Made by a program: the position numbers and the translations under genes
In this document: positions 33,808-47,400 of the stretch, one piece after another
Layout of the letters: each line of letters begins with the position of its first letter
How positions within the stretch are numbered: position 1 is the first letter of the stretch
Notes under the pieces: model-generated
Databases searched by the model: none
Seen by the model: the letters and a program-made list of their open reading frames with translations, nothing else
What the model was told of the DNA's origin: nothing
Source: Monocercomonoides exilis PA203
Taxonomy: Eukaryota > Protista > Preaxostyla
Direction of reading: 5' to 3'
Assembly (NCBI GenBank): GCA_001643675.2
Contig: LSRY02000001.1
Location: 62,001-126,000 of the forward strand
DNA: 64,000 nucleotides

Positions 33808-36800
33808 AACATAAAAAGCAATATCAAAGGAGCAACAAACCAGAACATCGAAAAAACGATGAAGGATCATTTTGATATTTTGAGCCCGACGCTCGGATTG
33901 AAAACTTTCAAGGAAATTGAGTGCGAACGTCGAAGTTAATTTCAATGGCATATTCCTTTTGGTTTATTCATGTTGCAGAAACATGGAATTCTTCGAAAGA
34001 ATTTACTGGCTGTTTTTGTTTTTTCAAAAAAACAAAAACAATTATTTACAAATGAAATGTTTCAGACATTGCTTCATTTGTCTCTTCAAAAGGGGGAAAA
34101 AATGCAAATTTGAGACTTCTGCAACACTAACATTTTATTTATCTTGAATTTTTCCATTTTGTTGCTATTTTCAAAAAAGAACAAAAAGGAAACCTCTGAT
34201 CCATTGAAACTCACTTCCAAATGACAGCCGAAGAATGCTGGAAAGGTAGGAAAATGCAAGAAGTTTTTCTGTCGGGATGTTTTTAATCAGCCGAACCTTT
34301 AACGATTATTTCAAATGACACTCCACAGAATTAAATCTTAAAAGGAAAGAATTTCTGGTAGAAAACGAATTATTTGCAACAGCATCTGCAGCAAAGGAAC
34401 TTGTCTGGAACTCTTTTTTTCTTTTTGGGGCTAATCGTTGCAAGAATTATGACATTCGCAAATGGAGAGAAATTTGTGAATGTCATCAACATTACAAGAA
34501 GCATCCAGCGCTATCTTATGAAGACAAATGAATGATGAGTCATTTTTCATGTTTTTGCAATTTCTGCGACTGCAAACTCCAGCCAATTGAATATTGAATC
34601 ATTTTTTTTTTGCATTATTATTATGAAAACAATAATTGCATTCAGAAAAATGAAATGGATTGTTTCAAATACTCATACATTTCTGTTTTCAAGCTTATCA
34701 TCTTTTGCTTCATTCACTTTCTATCCTCAAGCTTAATCACCATCTCCCTCTTCTTCTTCTTCTTCTTCTTCATTTATTATTTTTCCTCTCCACAATGATC
34801 CAAATAACTCACAACCATTGTAACACTCATCACAAGTGAGATGGCGGCAGGTAATAAAACGCTCATTTTTTTGCTATCAGCCAACTTGCTGAGGCATTGG
34901 ACACAGCAAAGAACAATGAATGTTGTGTTTTCATTTTTCTTCCAGCAAGTGTCGCAGTTTCACAAGAAGAGCAAAAGATGTACAAGATCAGAAGCAGCAG
35001 TAAAAGTTCATTTGAGAGTGAATATCACAGCTGGATTTGTTTAGGCTGCTTTTTCGATTGGTGAATATCAATCGGTTTTCAGTCGTAAAGAGCAAATCGG
35101 AAATCATGAGAAGATGGCTACGGGCGAACTGCAAAATGCTTCGAATATGTTTGTTGTTGTTAGAGATGAAGAAAACCGAGGAGAAAGTATGGTTTATGTG
35201 AATATATTCATTAATTCGTCAAAGCAAGTCAGCAACAATTGATGGATCTTAAACGAAAGGATAAGGAAACTTTCATTATATGGTTGAATTTCTTTGTTTT
35301 GTGGTGAAAGAAATCAAGTTTGCTTTTTTTTCCTCAAAACTTTTTTATTTCTTTATTTATTTTCATGTCTATCAATGATAATTTTTCATATCCTTGCCTT
35401 ATGAAATCATTGAATATTTTTGAACTAGTTCTTTTTGCAACAATGGCAATCTTATGTTTGCAACTGAAATATGCTTATTTGATTCAAGAAATACAACAAA
35501 CAGATCCTCAACTATTCAGGGTATAGGAGAAAGAAAATTGGAGAAATTAAGAGAGAAAGTAGCGGGTGGACTTCAATCAGTTGAGCAACACATACTTGAG
35601 AAGCTAATTGGGGAGAAAAAGAACAAGCCTTTGTTGACAAAAGAAGTGGAACAAGAACAGGAACAGAAACATGTACTGGAGAGCAAAAAAGCGGGAAATA
35701 ATACAATCGAAGAGGGTGCATAAATGCAAAGTACTAAAGGAAAAGTGTCTTCTCATTTCCGCAAGAGCAACAGAACAGAGGTAACTGAAAGCGAATAATA
35801 TAGGGTTTTATAGACTCTTAAGTTTCCAAATACGCTCAGAAACAAACTGCGAGTGGACGTCTTTTGTTAATTGGTCATGATCATTCGGCAATCAGCATCA
35901 GAATCTTCTACTTTTATTTCTTGTTGGTGCAATTTCGTTTCAAAAGAACTTTGTTCATTGCTCTTGTTTATACTTGAAATTCGCTTTGAAGAAAAGGGCA
36001 GTGAATATTGTCAAACAGAGACGGCAAGCGAAGAGCAGATACAAACAAGAGTTAGTTTAGTGGATAATCTGAGTCTGTTTCTGAAACAGAATGTGGAAAT
36101 CAAGAAAATCTTTTCAGAGAAAAGAATCGCATTAAAATGCAGCTTGACATTCAAACCAAAAAAAGTGCTTTCGGAAGAATGTGGAATTGAATGAAAATAG
36201 CGAAAACTTTCAAAACCAAGCTCTTGTTATATAAAAGAAGAAGGAAAGCTCAAAAATCCAAAAAAATTTATGAATTAACACTGGGAAAAAATGAAAGATT
36301 TTGTGATCATTGAACACAATACTCGGACGAATGAACAAAAGTTACAAGAATACGATCTTTTTACAGATGTTGGTTGAAAAGACAAATCAACTTTTCGGCT
36401 GAAAAAGCAATTGGAGAATCCATCAGCATTGGAAGTTCCAGTTGCTCCTGAGTCATTTCCTCCGTTGCATCTGCTTTTGTTGCAGAGACTTATCTTCGAA
36501 CAATTGACAACATCCGCCCAGATGTTTTGAATGAAGTTCTTCTTCGGCTTTAGAAAGCTCACTCGTTCGTTTTTAGCACCGCAGCTCGTCACGATGACAA
36601 TTCTTCATCATTTGGCCTTTAGCTATTTGCAATCTTTTTTTCGCCAAAGCGTTCATAATTTGTATTTTTGATTATGAAAAATACGTTTCGTGTTTGGAAC
36701 AAAACTAAAAATTGAAAGCATGAGATAATTTCTGGATTCAATTCTGTCAATCTCAAATCAAAGGTTTGGAATTTCATTTATTGTTGCATTTTAAATCTAT

Positions 36801-37262
36801 CATTTATGCACTAACATCCTTTTGTTTGCTTTTAATTAAACTAAAAAACTCAAAAATGGATAGAAGCTTTCAAATTTGATCTGAAAAGTCAATGAGGGGA
36901 GCACAACTTTCACAACAGCCAAAGCGTTCTATTATTCAGAGAGGCTTTCTTCTGTTATTGCTTTGGTGCAAAGATAATTCGTTCTCGTTTCTCAATGGCC
37001 AATTCGTTCATTGTTTTTCTTTCTGTTTCAAAAGAGATTCATGAAGCAGAATTTGTAAAAAATATAACTTTTAACGCATGCTGTTCTGTGTATTCTTTTC
37101 GAAGAAGAACAGATGATTATCAACAAATAGGAAATAACAATTTGAATGGGATGTGTAATGCAATCAAAATGAAATGACGAAAATTTTTGAATATTTGGAT
37201 TTTATTCTTTGTGCAATTGAAAATGTTTATTTAAAGAAAAATGCATCAAATTCATAAGATTA

Positions 37263-39272
37263 GGGTCATCTTTTTATTGGCATTTTTTCTTTATTGGCAT
37301 TAATATTTTTTGAAATGAAAATAATTAAAAGCACATCAAAAAAATACAAAACTCGAATCAATTACTCTTCTAACTTTTCTTTTTCCATTTTCACGTTCAA
37401 AGAGGTCAAATTCATCACTTGTTTCTTCGTCATCATACTTTATTTTTCTGAATTTCCTTTTCACTTTTTTCTCCTAAGGCAATTCTTCTTCTTCAATTTT
37501 TTTTCATTTTCTGCAATTTCTTCAATTTTCTCCTTGCGTTTTTCATTATATTCATCCCATTCATCAAAAAGCTTTTCTTTTGTTATTTCTTTTCCGAAGA
37601 AGTCGAAACAATGTGAATGAGAAGGAATGAAGTATTGAGAAGACTGAGGAAGCTTCATATCCACATATCCAGATCCATTGCTGAGGACTCCACTGTTAAT
37701 GAAAGCTTTTTTGATCACAGATGGTGTGAATGCTGTGTGAAGGGCTTGTGGCAACACATCTGCAACAGCTGTTCTTTTTGAAGATGAGGAGGTGGATGAC
37801 GGAGAGCTGTAATTGTTTGATAGCTCTGACTTCAATACTGCAAATACGCCTGTCCAGCGGCTGCGATATGTGCGTGGTGTGTGGAACGAAGGTGATTACG
37901 TCAATTTCGGCTTCCTTGAACTGTCTCCATATAGTTGGATCTGCCCGTGATGAGTGCGAGTCCAGAAGAAGAAGGCAACGATGAGATTCTTTTAGTATTC
38001 GCTTTCTTCTGTCAATAATAGCTGGCAGCAGAACTGTTAAGGCGTATTTTTTGAATGCTGTTTTATCCATCCAGCCGTTTGTGTTTGGCCAAATGTCAAG
38101 CGACAGTGTTAACGGTTTTGTTTGTTCTTTCGAAAGAGTTGCGCTGGGACACAGCACGACAGATGGAAGAGAGAAGCCATCAGCAGCTATTCCAGCAACG
38201 AGAGTAGCATTTGGCATCCTTTCGGCAGTCTTTTTGAATCCAGCTTGTTCATCTGTAGTGTGATTAACAACACCACGTGAAGAAGTTGGAATTCGAAGCG
38301 AAGATTCGTCGACATTGAAGATTAATTCCTCTGGATATTTATTTTCATTGTGTAATACTTGTAATTCCGTATACCATGGCTAAAGGACTTTCTGGCAAGA
38401 AGCCGCAAGTCTGTTTATATCAACTTGCTTTGGCAGCGAGGACTTCAATTCTGGATGAAGCTTTATGAAGGCGTAAACTGTCTTTAGAGAAACTGTCTTT
38501 TTTATCTTTTCTTCATTTTCTCCTTCTTCTTCACCATCGTTAATTATATTTTCCATCTTAATACAAATTAATATACAATTCAAATATCAATTACAAACCA
38601 AATCGCGAGCTTTTCGTAATGTGAGGCTTGTCCCAGATCGAGATTCTATTGTAACTTCTTCCAAGAATTGTTTTTCTTTTTCTCCGCTAATAATTGGTGG
38701 ATGACCAACTTTTGCAATAGGCCTGCCGTTTTTTATGGCTTTAACTGCGTGCTCCAAAGGTTTTTTTGCTTATTCCGCCATATTTCACTCCGTCGACCAG
38801 CCTGACAACATTGTCATTAACAATGTGTGCAATCCTTTCTAATCTTGAACTATATTTTCTGTAATGAAATGTAGACATTGCTTCCTTCAGCCGCTTCTGC
38901 GCCGCTTCAGCTATCTTTTTCACTAATAATTTCATTTATATATTATGGGTAATGATCGTTAATAAATTTTTTTATTTTCCAATTCTCATTAAGAATTTTT
39001 AATTAATATTTAAATTTTTGAATGAATAAGAAATATTCACAAACCTTTGTGCAGTCCAATTTCTCATGAAAGCTCAATGGATGGACTTGAACACCCCCCT
39101 CCCCCCCATTTCCCCTCCACAAGAAATTGGATTTCTTTCAAATTTTTAATATAAAATACCTGACATTTGAAAATGTATCAAAAAATTTTTATTAAAATCA
39201 TTTGTGGTTTAGATGAATTTTATTTATTAGTAAAGTGCCAATATGAAAAAAGTGCCAATAAAAAGATGACCC
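37263..39272 (-). mobile_element. Second pogo-like DD35D transposon, defective; TA TSD
   Basis: Perfect TIR GGGTCATCTTTTTATTGGCA at both ends, flanked by TA. IFNVDES, NGWMD, LLLLDSHSSR, SQPLD (35 residues between the 2nd and 3rd Asp). Frameshifted. Confidence 0.93.
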
Positions 39273-39557
39273 TATTAAAATTTTTTTTTGAAAAAGGCAA
39301 AAATGAAATAATAAGATTAAATTATTGAAATTGATCGACAAGCCAAAAGAAAGAAAAGAAAAGAAAAGTTGAGATACAAAAATGAATGTCAATTAGGAAT
39401 ACTCAGACATTTGACGGAACGTCAAGTTCTTCGCCAAATTTTTCACCAATAAATTAAAAATATAAAATTTCTTGTTGCGACGAATAAATCCAGACGCTAT
39501 TTTTATGTTGATTCAAATAAAAAAATGAGAATATTCTCAATTCGAAAAGACTAACAT

Positions 39558-40700
39558 TCATGTGGAATCATCGGTGATCATCCACTTCGGTGGATCATCC
39601 ATGCAATATATTTTCCAAAACGCTGCCATTGTCCTACCAAAATTGTCGCTAAGAGTAATATCATGTCGCATCCACTTTGGTGGCTCTGTTTTTACGTGTA
39701 TTATCCATATCATGGCCATTGTGCATCCATTTTTATTGCAAAGTGTGGCATCATGTCTCATCCATTCCGGTGGCTCTGTCTTAACTTCTTCGATCCATGT
39801 CATGGCCATTGTCCATCCATCTTCATATGCAAATGTGATGTCGTGTCTCATCCACTTTGGTGGCTCTGTCTTCACATTTGCTATCCATAGCATTGCCATT
39901 GTCCATCCTTTGTTATCAGCAAGTGTGATGTCGTGTCTCATCCACTTTGGCGAGTCTGCTTTGACAAATGCAATCCATATCATGGCCATTGTCCATCCTT
40001 TGTTGTCAGCAAGTGTTATCTCGTTTCTCATCCAATGTGGAGGATCCGATTTCAACCAAAAAATCCACAGCATCGCCATTGAAAATCCTTTTTTATTCCC
40101 AAGCGTAATGTCATGTCTCATCCATTCCGGTGGTTCTATTTTGTCATTTTCGATGCATGTCATGGCCATAGTATTTCCAGCTTTATCGGCAAATGTGAGG
40201 TCGTGTCTCATCCATTGTGGAGGATCAGATTCAATAAATCTTATCCAGTACATTGCCATTGTCAATCCAAAATTGTCATGTTGAGCAATGTCATGTCTCA
40301 TCCACTCAGGTGGCTCTGTTTTCACGTGTATTATCCATATCATTGCCATTGTTTGTTTATCTTCGCTGGCAAGCTTATTGTCATGCCGCATCCATTTTGG
40401 AGGTTCTGTCTTAACAGTAATAATCCAATGCATTGCCATCGTCCTCCCCTCCTTGTTGCCAAGTGCATTATCATGACGCATCCATTCTGGAGGTTCCTTT
40501 TTGACGTTTATGATCCAATACATTGCCATCGTACAACCACTGTTACTACCCATTGTAATGTCATGTCGCATCCACTTTGGGGGTTCTGTTTTTTTCTCCA
40601 CGATCCAGCGCATTGCTTTCGTCCTTCCCCATTTATCCCTCTTTGCAAATTTTGTTTTCTTTTTTGACGAATTCACTTTTTTTCCACCATCGTAAATCAT
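39558..40700 (-). CDS. Intronless tandem-repeat protein, 12 x 30-aa units (GxTMAMxWIxxVKTEPPxWMRHDxxL), distantly ankyrin-like
   Basis: 380-aa ORF with an exact 90-bp period (TC(A/G)TGxCxCATCCA at 39661, 39751 ... 40561) and no indels. Basic N-terminus. Confidence 0.88.
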   Translation of the reverse strand: MIYDGGKKVNSSKKKTKFAKRDKWGRTKAMRWIVEKKTEPPKWMRHDITMGSNSGCTMAMYWIINVKKEPPEWMRHDNALGNKEGRTMAMHWIITVKTEPPKWMRHDNKLASEDKQTMAMIWIIHVKTEPPEWMRHDIAQHDNFGLTMAMYWIRFIESDPPQWMRHDLTFADKAGNTMAMTCIENDKIEPPEWMRHDITLGNKKGFSMAMLWIFWLKSDPPHWMRNEITLADNKGWTMAMIWIAFVKADSPKWMRHDITLADNKGWTMAMLWIANVKTEPPKWMRHDITFAYEDGWTMAMTWIEEVKTEPPEWMRHDATLCNKNGCTMAMIWIIHVKTEPPKWMRHDITLSDNFGRTMAAFWKIYCMDDPPKWMITDDST

Positions 40701-41777
40701 TACTATTGCACTGCTGCAATATATGTCTTAAAAATAATAAAATAAAAGGCGTTTTCCTCGATTAATCGAAAATATATTCTGATCCTCCCATCATTAAAAA
40801 CTATCTTGCCCAATAAAAAATAAATTAGGAAAAAGTTAATATGTATAAATAGTTGTTATCATAAAATGTCAAATAAAAAACTTTATTACACTGAAACATT
40901 CTCGTCATTTTTTAATTGAATAAAAAAACTTCTTTTTAACATTTTCGTTGAAAATGTTGTTAAACATTTGCAATAAGAAAAATTCATAAAGTTATTTAAG
41001 ATGGCATAACTGCCGATCATGGCATCTGATCGATCATTCCCAATATTAATCTTAAGGATTGGAAATTTTTGTTTTTTGTGCAAATAATGAAATAAGAATG
41101 TTAGAATAAATGTAACGAAATTGCATGAATTTCTGTATTTTAAATACTATAGGGTATGAAGCACTTCCACGATCCTCATTCATTTATTTAGTGATTTATT
41201 AAATTTAACTTTTGTCCTATTCAAAATGTGAAAATATAAATGACATTTTAAAACTTTATTGAAAACACAATAATAGACGTTCCTTGCACTTAAAAAACGG
41301 TATAAAATTGTGTCTTAATTGAAAATTTTCATTTATTAGTTTTGGAAACAATGCTGTTTTCTTATAACCTTTTAAAGTTGCATTCTCCACTATTATAAAT
41401 TTTTGTGAGAACATGTGATGAGTGAGTTCCTTCAAAATCAATTACAGTTTCAACAGTTATGAAGAGATATGAGTCAAATGAAAGGTCAAATTGGATTATT
41501 ATTGAATAAATTTTGGGGTTGATCAGTGAGATGCCATGATCGAAGGTCATGCATTAAGATTTTGTGAATATATAAATTAGTAAATGGTCAACTGAATTTG
41601 TGTATATGAACAAATTAGCAGCACACACAAGGTTCATTCTTATTTTTGATATTTCTTAATCCAGTTTATTCCGATTAACATTTAAAATCAGATTGTTTGC
41701 AAACTTTGATAAATTGTTTTTGAAAAAATTGAAGAGGAAATAATTTATGACAAATGAGAACAATTGGAGAACATGAA

Positions 41778-41835
41778 TTTTATTTTATTTTATTTTATTT
41801 TATTTTAGTTTATTTTATTTTATTTGATTTATTTT
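41778..41835. repeat. (TTTTA)n microsatellite
   Basis: Read directly from the sequence. Confidence 0.9.
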
Positions 41836-41899
41836 GATGAATTGGCTGTGAAATGCTAAATCACAATCTTTGAATAATGCAATGCTTGTTCCTTATTTG

Positions 41900-44800
41900 C
41901 TCTTGTTTTCTTGTTTCCATTTAAAGCAGCATAAAAAATTATAAGGTTCATTCAAAAAGTGAGATTCTATCAATTTATTGACACTGCATCCGAAATGTTT
42001 GAATATGAAAAAGAATTGACCACGCTTCTGATTCAAAATCAATGTATTTGGTATCTTTGTTAAATGATAGAGCAATCAATATATCTGTAAGTCCCAACTC
42101 CTCGATTATACGCACAGTTTGTAGGTTCAATCGTGCTGACTGCATAACAGTGAGCATGACACTTTCAATGCATCCCTTTTTGAAGCTGAACTCATGATAC
42201 AAAAGAAGTTCAGACCAGTATGGCAGTTTGAGTATACACTCTCTAATTGCGTTTTGTGATTTAGTGGAGCTTATAAAAAAATGACGATCAACCAAATGAT
42301 CTGGTTTGATCAATGAAACATAAAGAGAGGAGAATAAATAATGAGGAATTTAGGAGAAGAACTGAATTTGATTATGTAACATAGTTTTTGAAGATAAATA
42401 GTGACTGAAAATAATCTTTGCGCAAATGCAAGCAAAGTTCGTCCGAAAGGAAGGATTTGAATAAGTGGAAGATGTGAAATGAACGATTGTTGAACAGATG
42501 TCATCAAGCTCTGCTCTACAGAATTGGAAGTTGCATTGCACAAAGCTGACGAAAAAATCAACTAAGATGGTCGAAATCCGAGGAGACGTTAGCACGTAAA
42601 AGTGCTGATTCAAATAACGGTTTAATATGATGAGTTCCTTTGGTGTGAATACTGCATTTGATATGCAATCTGAATGATAGAGAAAAGACATAATAAGTTG
42701 GAGATAAATAACAATAAAACAATATGATAAAAAAATGAAAGAGAGAAAATGAAAGAAGGACAAATCACAATGAATTAGTTCTCCACAAATTAGTATCAAG
42801 TGAAAATCTTTTAAAAAAAATAAATCTATGAATCAAATTATTTTATGAAAAATCAATCAACGAGTATATTAATCAACATACTCAATGCACAGAATCTTCG
42901 AAGTGCAGCAAATGCACATATCGAATCCACTTCGCACTGTTTCTTTGAAATTAATGATATGAGGCTATCTAATGTGTATGTGAAAAACAACTCTTCTTCA
43001 TGCGTTGCAAACAACAGATAATATGCATCTGGTGCAATTCGCTCAATAGTCAGTAAATCTTTTTTGGAAAGTTCGCAAAATAAACTATGCTCACCATCTA
43101 ATTTATCCTGATCCAGGCCAATAAGCGCTACCACCCTCAAAATATGCCTCAGATCCGTCAATGTCTTGTTCTTCTTTTGAACCTTGATATTCTCTTTGAA
43201 CGATGCTTCTGCCATTTTGAGGTTTTCATGATGGCTGGATTGCTCTTTCTCTCCAAATGCATTTAGCATTTCACTCAACAACCCTTTGCTCAACAGAAGT
43301 CTCACCGCACTTTGATCAATCGGGAAGTTCAACACTTTATGGGGCAAAAGCAAACTCAAAGCTGGAACTGCATAACAGGATATTTGCCCAGAAAAGCTCG
43401 TCTCTGCTTCAGCAATCAATCGAATAAGATGTTCCTTAACTTCCTTCAAATTGTCCACAAGCTTCTTGAATGATGGATTCTTCAAAAGCAAATGTAAAAC
43501 AGACTCCGAAAAGCCCTTTGCGCTGTTTTCTGCGATTCTCTTGAGAAGAGTCATTACAACTGAAATGATCAGACTTTGGAGAGAAGGCTGCTTCCCGTAC
43601 ACCGCAATTACCGTGGAGAGCATCCTCCGTTGAATTGATAAATCACTGATGTCTGCTGTCTCAATTAGTCGCTCCAGAAGTTTGATTGCAATGAGCATCA
43701 CACCTGCACCAAGAAATGCCACTGAATCAGCAAGAAGCGCTGTTGCAGCCAGCCGCTTTGAACGGTTCAACTTCTGCTGCGTCCACTCCCAAAACAGCGT
43801 GCTCATCAGGCGATCGAACAGCCCCAAGTCAGATGCAGAAAGATGTCCACCGCACGATGGATTTTTTGATGCAGCTTTTGAAACCCAGCTTGAAAATAGT
43901 TTCAACACATCACATTTTCGAAGTTCTTCATAATATTCTTTTCTATTCTTTTCAACTCCAAGAAAAGCATCGATGAGAGAAAAAGAAAAACGAATATGGT
44001 TGAAACATTTTTGCTTCGTTTGAGCAGCCATTTGACTAATCTCAAAGATTTCTGAATTTTTCCTTGCTGATGAATCACTGCCATGACCCCTCAAATCTTC
44101 TTTGAAAGACCCGCTTTTACGTTTCATGCCAACAAGCTGATTCTTCTTGTTTGCCTTTGTTTTCGCTTCCTCCAGCCTTTTATCTGCATTTGAAGACTCT
44201 TCAAAGTTCTTTTTCAAGAGTCTGATTTCCTCTGTCATGCTTGTCAGCTGTATTTCTTCGGTACCATTTACGAGCAGAGCTCGCAGAAGCTTCAAGAGAT
44301 TGTTATTCAGATGCTTCGAGTGAATTATGTTCGAATGAATTGAGGTATTTTCAACCTTTTCTTTGAATTTATCACAAAATTTTTTGTCTTCTGATTGAGT
44401 TGTTAGAGCATCTGCTATTTCCAAACATTCTTTTCGAAGGTATCGAAGAATTACTTGTCCTAAATGGAACTCTTTTGCGACCTTTTGAACTTCACAGGAG
44501 AGACTGCACAGTGGAATAAGCAACCGACAGGACTGACAAGTTTGCTCAATCAAATCTTCAGTCAAACTTAATTTGGTGTGCAAAACAGAATTGGAAAAAG
44601 GACCTATCGAAGAAGAAAGTGAAGGAGAAGATAACGTAGAAAAGGAAGACAAAGAGGGTGCACAAGATGTTGATAGGCTTTCTGATGAGCATTCAACAGC
44701 TAGTTGATGTTGAAGAAGTGAGAAAGGAGATGAAGATGATGCCTGTGGAAGTGAGTCAGCGTTTTCATTTGAACAATTTTCATATTCAGAATGGAAAAAA

Positions 44801-47400
44801 CATTCTCGCTCACAATCCTTCTGCTGAAGAATCCCAATCACCTCTTCAATGGAATGCATCAAAGATATGTGAATTTGACTTTTTTCTAGAATGTGGATAA
44901 GATGGTGCAGTTGAGAAGGATACTCAGGAAAATCACTGCTGAAAGTGATGCTGATTGGAGGAGGCGAAGATGGCGGAGAAGGAGGAGGTGATGACGTTGA
45001 TAAGGAAGAAGAAGAGGAATGAGAATCATCGACAACCAAATAAAGCACTGGAACACAAGATGAGCAACTGTTTTCCAAAGATGAATGCGATGATGTTGAA
45101 GAAGGAGCACCAGAAGAAGTAGAAGAAGAAGAAGAAGAAGAGGCAGATGCAGAAGCAAAAGAGGAAGAGGAAGAGGAGGAAGAGGTAGAAGAAGATTGCA
45201 ATGAACGAGATGCTGATTGTTGCATCTTCTGCTCTTTCAGATACGTTTCATATGCCTTCTTTAAAAGCTTCTCGATGAGATTGAGAAGTGACAAGAAAAT
45301 CTTTTCAGAGTTGATGTTTTGTTCCACTAGAACAGCAAACTGGCCCGAGTCCAAAACACATTCAAGCACAGCCTGAGGCGCTTTTTCGAGAAGGAGCTGA
45401 ATAAGGTGATGGATTAAGAGGATGTGGTGTTCGTTTTCATCAGAAACTCGAAGAAAGCTGAAGAGACACAGACAAACTTTATTAAATAGAGGTATCTCGC
45501 TCAAAAATTCATAACTTTTCTCAAAAATGCAAAGAAAGCTCTCAAACACAGACATTATAGATGGACTTTGAATAAAATTTGATGAATTCGAAATCTGAAA
45601 CGTTTCATTTGACTTGCATTCCAATGCAACTTTGACATCCGAACAAACAGAAAAAGATGAGGTCAAAGCAACTGAATTGTCGCTCTCATTTTCCCTCTCG
45701 CAATCGTTTGCCAAAACAGATGCAAATGAATCAGGAGTCGCTTGAAGAGAAAGAGCAGGAGCTTCATTTTCTCTTTCTCTTTCGTATTCATTTTGTGCAA
45801 GTGACTGAACAAGCAACGCAACACCATCAGCAACATCGCCAATCATCCTTTCTTTGATGAACACACGGTGTAGATACAATGCTTCACTCAATTCAGCTAT
45901 CTTTTCTTCTTCCTCTTCTTTCTGACTGTTTGTCTTGTACTCAGCTTCCTCAAACAGCTTTCCCATTTCAGAATTCAAATCATCCTCATCAGCTTCTTCT
46001 TCCTCATCTCTCTTCTCTTCGAAATCATATTCATCATCACCATCATCGTCTTCGTCATCTTCTCTGCCTTTTTCTTCAATATCATCATCCCTTCGGAGAA
46101 ATATAGACTTTTCTTCTGACTCTATTCGTCCAAACAACTGAGACAAAACAAAAAGAGAGCACCATGCCACTTTAGCAGAGCCGATCAAGATGCCCTTCAC
46201 CAATAGGCGCAGCTGCGGAGTTCCAATTGTCATCTTTTCAGAATAAGTCGCTTTTGTATTTGATTTTTCTTTTGCTTTGATTTTTGTTTTTCCATTTAAA
46301 AATTTTTCTTCATTTAATTCAGATTCAAAACTTGAGCTTTTGCTATATTCGCTTATTTTCGGTTCATTTTCTTCATCAAAATCATCATTATCTTCATCTT
46401 CTTCATAGTCAAAATCGTCGTCGTCATCTTCTCCTTCGAAATCATTCGTTATGCTTCCATGATTTCTTTTACTAACAAAAATATCTTGGTTTTCTTTCAT
46501 CGTGTTTCTATGAATCATAAACCCTTTTACTGCCAAACAAAATAACTCTTCTCTCAAACACGCTATTTCTTCTTGTTTGCTGCATAATTTCACTTTTTTT
46601 TATTCCTTTTCACTCGAACATTTCAAAGCTTGTTGAACAATACCTTCCTCAAAGATCAACTCTCGATAAACTCCTTCCTTTCTGGTACAGAAATAAGTCC
46701 ACAGACGAAAGCATTCAACGCTCAAATCAATGTCATTCAAATTTTCATTCATAATACGGTGTGATAAAGATAAAATCTCTCTTGAAATTTCAACAGAAAG
46801 AACATTCGAAAATTGCTCGAGAATTTTACAAGAAACTTCAATGGCTATCTTTAAAGTCGCATTGTTTCCTGATAATCTTTGAAAAGTTTTGAAAGGAGCA
46901 TAGAAAATTAAACTCAGACCTGAGCAATTGAATCATATTTGATATAATTATTTTCGCATAACTTTCCCTCGAATTCTGAAATATAATATTTTGAACTGCT
47001 CAAATGAAATTAATTACAATTAACCTTATGCTGAACAAACTTATTTTTTGGTGAATGTGTGCCGAATAATGAAAGCATTTTTCGGTTCTTAATGACTGAA
47101 TAGTCTTTAAATTTAAGAGCATTTGCTTTATTGAATGAACGCAAGTTGATTTTTCTGTGAAACTGAGTAAGATGTTGAAACACATCGTTGAAATCTCATT
47201 ATTTTCTTCAAATCTCACAGCAGTTTTTGTTATTGCAAAAAAACTATTCTCTGGAATATCGTTTGCAAATTGAATAATATCACTTCGTTAGCAAAAAAGG
47301 TTTGAATAAATCGATACAAGAAAGGGAATATACTATATCTTATTCAATAAGTCCTTGACATCCACAACAGATTCATTATTCTCATCAATTATTCAATTCA
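41900..47400 (-). CDS. Large multi-exon hypothetical protein, probably alpha-solenoid, with acidic and poly-Ser tracts
   Basis: 1246-codon ORF 42853-46593 plus flanking exon-like ORFs (41975-42313, 42350-42700, 47000-47218). Leu-rich amphipathic helices. Outer boundaries uncertain. Confidence 0.7.

Noticed and set aside
33850-37250. Possible gene fragments between transposons
   Set aside because: Only short ORFs with no recognisable motif or consistent exon chain.
39558-40700. CRISPR array
   Set aside because: The 90-bp units are codon-preserving protein repeats with no unique spacers, and no cas genes are present.
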